A DNA stretch of 64,000 nucleotides from IMG/VR virus record IMGVR_UViG_3300010429_000387, positions 32,001 to 96,000 of that record; one strand, written 5' to 3'. The first letter of the stretch is position 1, and each line of letters opens with the position of its first letter. The DNA comes from a virus (Duplodnaviria; Caudoviricetes). Shown piece by piece: positions 56,759 to 64,000 of this stretch. A model generated the notes under the pieces. The model did no database searches. It saw only the letters and a program-made list of their open reading frames with translations, and was not told where the DNA came from. The position numbers and the translations under genes are program-made.

Positions 56759-58702
56759 ATGTTGATCCTCCAGACCTCACCACAACCGACCAAGTTCAGT
56801 CTCTCAGAAGACTTCCTGTCCCCTTACTATCGAAAGGGTGACCCCTTCCAGAGTCTTCTGGCACGCTCGACCTACCTCACGAAATACTGCCGTGGGGGCG
56901 AGGTGTGGACTGATACGGTTCGTAGGGTGGTCGAGGCCAACCTTTCCCTCGCTTCTCACGTCGATGAGGGTGAGGCGAAGATGCTCTTCCACCTCTTCTG
57001 GACGGGTCAGGCGCTCCCTCCAGGTCGTGGCCTCTGGACTGGTGGCATTGAGGGAATCCCAGCGGATGCTCGCTACAACTGCTGGTACACGACCCTCTAC
57101 GGGATTGATGACTGGTGCTGGACAGCGAACCAGCTCATGCTCGGGGGCGGCGTAGGTGTTGGACTCGGGGACGTGAAGTCCCTCCCTGTGGTTCAGGGTC
57201 AGCCTGAGTCCAGACTGGCGATCTGGTGCTTGGACAGTCACCCCAATGTGAATGAGGTCAAGCCCAACCCGAAGTCCTTCCTGAACGGCCAGACCCCCAT
57301 TCTCCGAGTCCCGGATTCTCGTGAGGGTTGGGTCGAAGCCCTTCGAGCAGTCCTGACGGCCGCCTTCAACGCCAAGGACCTCATCATTGACGTTTCTGAA
57401 GTCCGTGCCCGAGGACTCCCCATCCGGACCTTCGGCGGCATTGCTTGTGGCCCTGGCCCCCTCACCCAGCTTCTCAGGAGTGCCTGGAACATCGTTCGTG
57501 GTGCCTCTGGGAGGCGTCTCAACAGCGTTGAGGCCCTGGACATCACCAACTACATCGGTCTGTGCATCAAGGCCGGGAACGTTCGTAGGTCAGCCCTCAT
57601 CGCCCTCGGGGATGCAGACGACCAGGACTTCCGTGATGCCAAGAAGGACATGGATCAGGTCATCTCCCATCGGCACACGTCGAACAACACAATCGTCTTC
57701 CGCTCCTGGGCTCAGATCCATGGGTTCGACTGGAAGGCCCTTGTTCATGACATGGCCGAGAACGGCTCTGGGGAGCCCGGCATCCTGAACCTCCCCCTCG
57801 GTTGGCAGCGGGACCCCGGTGCCCGTGGGGTCAACCCCTGTGGCGAACAGCTCCTCCATGACCGTGAAGCCTGCAACCTGGCAGAGGTCTTCCCCGCCAA
57901 GTTCGAGGACTCCACCAACCCTGACCTGGTCTTCCGGCTGGTCACCCGCTATTGCCTTCGTCAGCGACTCACCCCCCTGTCCGACTCCAGGAGTCAAGAG
58001 GTCGGGTCGGCCAACATGCGAGTTGGCGTTGGCCTGGGAGGTCTTTGCGACTTCTCATGGACGAAGCCACAGCTCAACCGTTGGTATTCCATGTGCCGTG
58101 AGGAGGCCACTCGCTACGCCAGGGAGCTTGGAGTTAACGCTCCCATCACGGTGACCACGGTGAAGCCCTCAGGGACCATCTCGCTCCTCAACGGATCTTC
58201 TCCTGGCATTCATGCCCCCTACGCAAGCCACTACATCCGCCGGACCCGGATCGCCAAGAACGACCCAATGGCAATGGCAATGATGGAGGCCGGTGTCCCA
58301 TTTGAGGAGGACATCTACGACAAGAGTGGGCATACCTGGGTCTTCGCATTCCCAATGAAGTCCGCTTCCACGCTCACCGTTCAGAACGAGACCATTCGGG
58401 ATCAGTTCCAGCGTCAAAAGGATGTCCAGGAAGCCTGGGCAGATAACGCTGTCTCTGCCACTCTGTCCTTCTCTCAGGATGAGACTTCTGAGTTGGCTGA
58501 TTGCCTGAAGGAGTACGTGCCCTTTCTGAAGAGCACGTCTACACTTCCCAAGGCCCACGGCTACGCTCAGGCTCCCTACGAGGCGATCACTCCAAGCCAG
58601 TATGAACACCTCTACGCTCAGATCGAGCATGGGCACCCTCTCGTCCGTGGTGGGGACATGGAAGCCGAAGAGTGCTCGGGAGGCGTCTGCCCCGTTCGTT
58701 GA
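56759..58702 (+). CDS. nrdJ: class II (B12-dependent) ribonucleotide reductase
   Basis: PPGRGLW, YNC, AGNVRRSA, NPCGEQ, CNL, TTVKPSGT, C-terminal CSGGVCP. Confidence 0.92.
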   Translation: MLILQTSPQPTKFSLSEDFLSPYYRKGDPFQSLLARSTYLTKYCRGGEVWTDTVRRVVEANLSLASHVDEGEAKMLFHLFWTGQALPPGRGLWTGGIEGIPADARYNCWYTTLYGIDDWCWTANQLMLGGGVGVGLGDVKSLPVVQGQPESRLAIWCLDSHPNVNEVKPNPKSFLNGQTPILRVPDSREGWVEALRAVLTAAFNAKDLIIDVSEVRARGLPIRTFGGIACGPGPLTQLLRSAWNIVRGASGRRLNSVEALDITNYIGLCIKAGNVRRSALIALGDADDQDFRDAKKDMDQVISHRHTSNNTIVFRSWAQIHGFDWKALVHDMAENGSGEPGILNLPLGWQRDPGARGVNPCGEQLLHDREACNLAEVFPAKFEDSTNPDLVFRLVTRYCLRQRLTPLSDSRSQEVGSANMRVGVGLGGLCDFSWTKPQLNRWYSMCREEATRYARELGVNAPITVTTVKPSGTISLLNGSSPGIHAPYASHYIRRTRIAKNDPMAMAMMEAGVPFEEDIYDKSGHTWVFAFPMKSASTLTVQNETIRDQFQRQKDVQEAWADNAVSATLSFSQDETSELADCLKEYVPFLKSTSTLPKAHGYAQAPYEAITPSQYEHLYAQIEHGHPLVRGGDMEAEECSGGVCPVR

Positions 58703-58797
58703 CCGAAGAACTACCCCTCTTGAAGCCTCCCCCGGTGTTACTGTGGGGAGGCTTCGGCCATTTTGCTCCTCACTCAACCCCGCAAGTCGAGGTCATC

Positions 58798-59127
58798 GTG
58801 TCACAAGAAACTGAAGTGGATTTCAAGACCCTCGGTGTATACCTAGTCGAAGGTGTAGCAGAAGTTGACCCCATGACGGATAGGGCCTACGTAAGTACCG
58901 TAGACCAGCAGGGAAACCACATCGAGTTCGACCCGGTTCCGGTCCTTAGGCAGTTCAAGGGGCAAGAGATCCGAGTCGTGATCGTTCCGTTGGCTTCGGT
59001 GGCCCAACTGGAGGAGCTGGCCCGGAAGGTTGAGTCCCAGGGGGAGCAGGTCAAGGTTGTGGACCCCCCTCAGCTATCCAACGAACCCCCAGCACCCATC
59101 ACGGGGTCCGACCCAACATCCAACTGA
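58798..59127 (+). CDS. hypothetical protein
   Basis: GTG start with GAGG SD. Confidence 0.5.
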   Translation: MSQETEVDFKTLGVYLVEGVAEVDPMTDRAYVSTVDQQGNHIEFDPVPVLRQFKGQEIRVVIVPLASVAQLEELARKVESQGEQVKVVDPPQLSNEPPAPITGSDPTSN

Positions 59128-59134
59128 GGTACCC

Positions 59135-61033
59135 ATGATGACGGACTCGGAGCGCCAAGCACGTATCAAGGAGCTGGAGGGGCTCCTTGCTGAAGCCCGT
59201 GACGCTTACTACAACAAGCAGCCTATTGTCCCGGACGAAGTGTACGATGCCTGGTCCGATGAGCTGTCAGAGCTGGATGACCTCAACCGGATTCTCTCTT
59301 CGGTAGGGTCTCCCCCTGTTTCAGAGTGGGCCAAGGTCACTCACTCCAATCCGATGGGATCTTTGAACAAGGTCAACACCCTTGAGGAGATCACCGACTG
59401 GATTCAGACCTACGCCCAAGGGGAGGCCCTTCTCGTTTCGGAGAAGCTGGATGGGATCTCCATTCAGGTCAAGTACGTCAACGGGAAGCTAGCTCAGGCT
59501 TCAACAAGAGGGGATGGTTTCATCGGGGAGGACATCACTGTCAATGCTCTTCGCATGAAGGGTGTCCCAGAAAAGCTCCCCAAACGGGTCACCTGTTCCT
59601 TCCGTGGTGAGATCATCCTCAGGAAGAGCGACTTCGCTGACCACTTCAAGAACGACGGGTACGCCAACACCCGCAATGCTACCTCCGGGATCTCCAAGCG
59701 GTATGACGGGAAGGGCTGTGAGCACTTGACCGTCCTCTTCTACAAGGTCATGAGCGGGGTCAGCTTCTCCACCTCGGAGGAGCAGTTCAAGTTCATCGAG
59801 AGCATGGGGCTCTCCACCCCTTGGTGGGCTCTCTCGGGCCTCTGGCTTGGAATCAAGACCCCACACGACATCTGGGTGGAGTACCAGCAGTCGAAGCGGG
59901 ACCGTCTCGACTACGACATCGACGGCCTGGTGGTGGAGGTCAATGACCTCGCCAAGCAGTTTGCCCTCGGTGAGAAGGACCTCCGTCCAGTTGGGGCGAC
60001 GGCTTTCAAGTTTGCCCCCATCACCCGAGAGACAGTCCTCCGGGGGATCACCCTTCAGACTGGGGGTACGGGCAGGATCACCCCCGTTGCCAACTTCGAC
60101 CCGGTGAACCTTCTTGGGGCTCAGGTATCCAATGCGAGCCTCTACAACTGGCGCTACATCCAGACCCTTGGCCTGGACATCGGGGCCAGGATCCTTGTTG
60201 CCCGAGCCAACGATGTCATCCCCAGGGTGGTAGCCGTGGTTCGGGGCACAGGTACCGTTGCCGCTCCCCCTACGAGCTGTCCCTCTTGTGGAGCTGAGGT
60301 TGTTCAGGACGGGGAGTTCCACGTCTGCCCCAATAGGGAGGCGTGCCCGGCTCAGGTTGTGGGGCGGGTCTCCCAGTGGATCACCAGCCTCAACATCCTG
60401 GAGTGGGGTGACACCCTCTTGGAGAAGCTCACCACCTCCGGGTTGGTGAAGTCGATCCCCGACCTGTACCGTCTCACTGAGGCCCAGCTCTCAGGGTTGG
60501 AGCGGATGGGTGATACTTCGGCTGCCAAGGCCCTGAAGCTGTTGAGGGCCAAGAAGGTCCTGCCCCTGGAGTTGGTCCTTGGTTCCTTGTGCATCCCAGG
60601 GATTGCCGTGACCACGGTCAAGCTGGTGATGGATGCTGGGTTCGACACCATCGAAAAGCTCAGGGCTGCCCCCTTGGAGAAGCTCGGAAAGATCAAGGGG
60701 ATCGGGCCGGTCAAGGCAGAGGCCCTTTTCAAGTGGCTCAGGGACCAGGGTCAGGTGGTGGACGACCTCCTGGCCGTTGGTGTAGTGATCCAGGAGCCTG
60801 TTCGAGGCAAGTTCTCCGGTATGTCCTTCTGCTTCACCGGGGAGATGCAGAACAAGCGTGGGGACCTTGAGGCCATGGCAAAAGCCCAGGGGGCAGAGAT
60901 CAAGAGTAGTGTGACCAAGAAGCTCACCTACCTGGTACTCTCCGACACCTCGACCACCAAAGCTGCAACCGCCAAGAAGTATGGTACCAAGTGTCTTTCG
61001 GAGGACGAGTTCTTGGCCTTGGTCAACGGGTAA
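59135..61033 (+). CDS. ligA: NAD-dependent DNA ligase
   Basis: YYN..D.VYD, EKLDG, TRGDG..GEDIT, DGLVV, Zn finger, HhH, BRCT. Confidence 0.96.
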   Translation: MMTDSERQARIKELEGLLAEARDAYYNKQPIVPDEVYDAWSDELSELDDLNRILSSVGSPPVSEWAKVTHSNPMGSLNKVNTLEEITDWIQTYAQGEALLVSEKLDGISIQVKYVNGKLAQASTRGDGFIGEDITVNALRMKGVPEKLPKRVTCSFRGEIILRKSDFADHFKNDGYANTRNATSGISKRYDGKGCEHLTVLFYKVMSGVSFSTSEEQFKFIESMGLSTPWWALSGLWLGIKTPHDIWVEYQQSKRDRLDYDIDGLVVEVNDLAKQFALGEKDLRPVGATAFKFAPITRETVLRGITLQTGGTGRITPVANFDPVNLLGAQVSNASLYNWRYIQTLGLDIGARILVARANDVIPRVVAVVRGTGTVAAPPTSCPSCGAEVVQDGEFHVCPNREACPAQVVGRVSQWITSLNILEWGDTLLEKLTTSGLVKSIPDLYRLTEAQLSGLERMGDTSAAKALKLLRAKKVLPLELVLGSLCIPGIAVTTVKLVMDAGFDTIEKLRAAPLEKLGKIKGIGPVKAEALFKWLRDQGQVVDDLLAVGVVIQEPVRGKFSGMSFCFTGEMQNKRGDLEAMAKAQGAEIKSSVTKKLTYLVLSDTSTTKAATAKKYGTKCLSEDEFLALVNG

Positions 61034-61037
61034 CTAC

Positions 61038-63290
61038 ATGGAATCTATCCGCATTCGGGTGTGGAGTGTCATCCACAAGACCGATGACTTCCACATCTTT
61101 TCTGCGGAGCCTTGTAGCAGGGATGCTTTCAGCTACGACCGAAAGGTCACCTGCAAGGGACGGCTCTTCGGAATCCAGGGGATTGCTCCTGGGGTCCCCC
61201 TGGAACTGTTTGGAAAGTGGACCTCTCATCCGAAGTTTGGGCGTCAGTTTGATCTGTCTGGGTGGGCTCCCTGGTCCGATTCCTCAGTGGGGGTGGAGAG
61301 CTTCTTTCGCCACTGCTTGGGGGTCATTGACGAACTCCAGATTGCTGCCCTGGTTGATACCTTCGGGACCGATACCTACAAGATCCTCTCCGAGGAACCT
61401 AAGCGTCTGGTCGAGGTTCTGGGGTTTGACGACGCCATCATAGAGCGGATCCTGTCTGCCTGGGCAGAGGCCCGAACAAGCTCAGACCTCTCCACCTTCT
61501 TTGCGGACCACAACATCACCTCCGAGCAGATGAAGAACCTCTTCACCACGTTCGGGTCTGAGGCCAAGCGCATCATCGAGGATAATCCCTACCGCCTTCT
61601 TGAGGTGGATGGATTCCCGTTTGCCAAGGCGGATGAGGTGGCTCAGGCCAGGGGTCTTCAACCAGGGGATCCTCGAAGGTTCGAGGGGGCTGTTCTGTGG
61701 GTCCTACGAGAGGGGGCTAACTCGGGACACCTCTGTATCCGTCGTGGGGAGTTGACCACCCAACTTCGAGAGCTAGCCAGGACATCTGAGGTGGACCCCT
61801 TTGAGGACGTGAACCTCACTGCCGAACTAAACTCGGCTGTTCAGAGACTCCAGTCCCGAGGTGGGGTCAAGCTCGATCCGAATGTCGGGGTTTACCTCCC
61901 CAAGTATTTCAAGTACGAGCGGGATTCAGCCGCCAGCCTTGCTCGGTTCATCACCCCCGTGAAGCTCGATGTAGACCTGGTGAGCCTCCTGGCAACCTAC
62001 GAGGCAGTCCACCAGATCACCCTCTCGGAAGCCCAACGGGGGGCTGTTGAGAAGCTGACCAACAACCGGGTGCTGACGCTCACCGGCCTCCCTGGGACTG
62101 GCAAGACCACTGTCATCAAGACCTTCGTAGAGCTGTTCCAGAAGGCCGGGGTGAGCTTCGTGCTCATGGCCCCTACCGGGATTGCCTCGAAGCGCCTGGC
62201 CTCTGTTACGGGGCACCAGGCGGCCACCATCCATCGGACCTTCCGCTACACGGGAGAGTCCTGGGGTTACAACAACGACAACAAGTACCCCATCGGAGCC
62301 GTCATCGTGGACGAGATGTCGATGGTGGACCAGGAACTCTTCTACCGGATCCTGGATGCCCTGGAGGAGGGTACCATCCTGGTCTTCGTCGGGGATGACG
62401 CCCAGCTACCTTCAGTGGGTCCTGGGAATGTCCTTCGTGAGCTGGTTCGGTGCTCGGCCATTCCAACGGTTCGACTCACCCAAATCTTCCGTCAGGCCCA
62501 GGAGAGCGACATCATCCTGAACTCCCATCGGATCAATCGTGGGGATGCTATTGTTCCTGGGGGTGTTGAGTCAGACTTCAGGTTCGTTCCCATTGTGGAT
62601 GAGGACAAGATCGCTGAGCTGGTGGTCCAGATGGCTATCAAGCTCAAGGGTCGAGACGCTAACTTCCAGATTCTCAGCCCCAAGTACGATGGGGTGGTTG
62701 GGGTCACTAACCTGAATGACCAACTACGGGAGGTCCTGAACCCGCCCTCCCCAGGGAAGAAGGAGTTCACCCTTGACGGGGTGCTCAAGTTCCGTGAGGG
62801 AGACCGCATCATGGTGGTCAAGAACGACTACCAGTTGGGGGTCTACAATGGGGACATGGGCAAGCTCATGCAGATCCGTTCGGATGCTTTCACCGTTCGT
62901 ATCCACGGAATCGGTGAGGACGGCCTGGATGTGCAGGTAGAGATCCCACGGAAAGAAGTCCTTCAGAAGCTCCGGTTGGCCTACGCCATCACCGTCCACA
63001 AGAGCCAGGGGTCCGAGTTTGACACCGTTATTCTGCCCATGGTGAGAACCCATGGCAGGATGCTTCAGCGGAATCTCTTCTATACCGCTGTAACCAGGGC
63101 CAAGCGAAAGGTCTGGCTCCTGGGCGACCACTCGTCCATCCAACGGGCGATCAACAACGATAAGGTGATTTTGCGTAACACTGGATTTGAGGGAGCCATC
63201 CTGGGGGCTGTGGCGGCACTAGAACCTGCCAAGAAACCTGGTTCCGGTGTAGGATCAGGCAATGAGCAGCAGCAAGTCAACCCTCAGTGA
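61038..63290 (+). CDS. recD2: RecD2-like SF1B helicase
   Basis: NPYRL, GLPGTGKT, APTG, DEMSM, GDDAQLPSVG, YAITVHKSQGSE, YTAVTRA. Confidence 0.93.
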   Translation: MESIRIRVWSVIHKTDDFHIFSAEPCSRDAFSYDRKVTCKGRLFGIQGIAPGVPLELFGKWTSHPKFGRQFDLSGWAPWSDSSVGVESFFRHCLGVIDELQIAALVDTFGTDTYKILSEEPKRLVEVLGFDDAIIERILSAWAEARTSSDLSTFFADHNITSEQMKNLFTTFGSEAKRIIEDNPYRLLEVDGFPFAKADEVAQARGLQPGDPRRFEGAVLWVLREGANSGHLCIRRGELTTQLRELARTSEVDPFEDVNLTAELNSAVQRLQSRGGVKLDPNVGVYLPKYFKYERDSAASLARFITPVKLDVDLVSLLATYEAVHQITLSEAQRGAVEKLTNNRVLTLTGLPGTGKTTVIKTFVELFQKAGVSFVLMAPTGIASKRLASVTGHQAATIHRTFRYTGESWGYNNDNKYPIGAVIVDEMSMVDQELFYRILDALEEGTILVFVGDDAQLPSVGPGNVLRELVRCSAIPTVRLTQIFRQAQESDIILNSHRINRGDAIVPGGVESDFRFVPIVDEDKIAELVVQMAIKLKGRDANFQILSPKYDGVVGVTNLNDQLREVLNPPSPGKKEFTLDGVLKFREGDRIMVVKNDYQLGVYNGDMGKLMQIRSDAFTVRIHGIGEDGLDVQVEIPRKEVLQKLRLAYAITVHKSQGSEFDTVILPMVRTHGRMLQRNLFYTAVTRAKRKVWLLGDHSSIQRAINNDKVILRNTGFEGAILGAVAALEPAKKPGSGVGSGNEQQQVNPQ

Positions 63291-63681
63291 AGCCCAGAAA
63301 TCTCGATTCAAGAGGCTACTCTCTACAGTCCAGGTTGACAAGGTGACCGTCTCGTTCTCCATAGAAGAGCGGGACCCCAGTGGTAGGAAGAAGAGCGTCT
63401 TTGTCTCCCTCACGGCCTCCAGGGGGGCAGGGGCAGAGGTACCCCAGATGCACGAGGACTCGGAGTCTACGGGGTACACGATGGAGGAGGCCCGGATCAT
63501 CCGGTTGGCCCTTTCCAGGGAGGTGGTGAAGGGGGCCTACGACGATGCTTTTCGGAGGCGGGTCCTTCCACGGGATGAGGAGACCGTGTCCGAGATGAAG
63601 CAAGTGCTCAAGAGCTATGAGGACATCCTGGCCCAGGCAACCGGTGTTGATCCTGTTCCCAAGGATGGCACCAACGAGTGA
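63262..63681 (+). CDS. hypothetical protein
   Basis: start 6 nt below GGTG-TAGGAT. Confidence 0.55.
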   Translation: MSSSKSTLSEAQKSRFKRLLSTVQVDKVTVSFSIEERDPSGRKKSVFVSLTASRGAGAEVPQMHEDSESTGYTMEEARIIRLALSREVVKGAYDDAFRRRVLPRDEETVSEMKQVLKSYEDILAQATGVDPVPKDGTNE

Positions 63682-63693
63682 GTGAGGCTAGGC

Positions 63694-64000
63694 ATGGACC
63701 AGAAACGAGTTGAGGAAATCTACCGCATTATCGAGGGCTTGCACATCGAGCTGGAGCCAGACCCCACGGTTTTGGGGCCTCGGTACATCATGGAGCGGGT
63801 TTCCAAGTGCAGGAACAACCTCAACATCGTCTCTCAGATCCGGCAGTCTATCAGTCGGGAACGTAGAGAGCTGAAGAGGCAGTTGTCCGGCGAGGAGTCT
63901 ATCATGACTATCGAGCGGGACCAGCTTCTTGCGAGCAATGAGACAGTTCGGAAGCAGCCCAACATCCGAGACCGAGAGGCCGTGGTCAACACCATGCTTC
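63694..64000 (+). CDS. hypothetical protein (runs off the window)
   Basis: open frame MDQKRVEEIY.. Confidence 0.5.
   Translation, partial: MDQKRVEEIYRIIEGLHIELEPDPTVLGPRYIMERVSKCRNNLNIVSQIRQSISRERRELKRQLSGEESIMTIERDQLLASNETVRKQPNIRDREAVVNTML

Overview
This window looks like a 64-kb segment of a very large (jumbo) phage genome; the host is probably in Myxococcota, judging from a TIGR04563-like small protein and a Cys-repeat myxobacterial-type lipoprotein. Left arm (1-31.5 kb): SLOG-like, macrodomain, ADP-ribosylglycohydrolase, Pth2-like and Ro60/TROVE genes, two amber (CUA) tRNAs, a tail-fibre/structural block, C1 peptidase, SpeD, Def, Dcd, two tandem sigma-factor-like genes (one with a nested HTH+HNH insertion) and a DNA methyltransferase. 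Centre (31.7-50.7 kb): an RNA-gene island on the + strand with about 52 tRNA or tRNA-like genes covering all 20 amino acids, plus a tmRNA. Interleaved with these tRNAs are about 13 copies of a conserved Ro60-binding-type (Y RNA) scaffold, GAATG..TACA-[cargo]-..CTTGTC. Each copy carries a different cargo: a circularly permuted tRNA mimic, a whole tRNA-like fold, a lone anticodon hairpin, or a non-tRNA domain. Right arm: GroEL, HolB/HolA, class II RNR, NAD-dependent ligase and RecD2. The best candidate for a new system is the phage Ro60 plus this diversified, modular Y RNA repertoire. Other highlights are 8/4-type Sec-like Ser/Tyr tRNAs, HNH genes inserted into tRNA genes, a leaderless GGTG-TAnnnT promoter motif and a possible attenuator in front of the RNA island. 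All calls were made by eye without database searches, so RNA boundaries may be off by a few nt.
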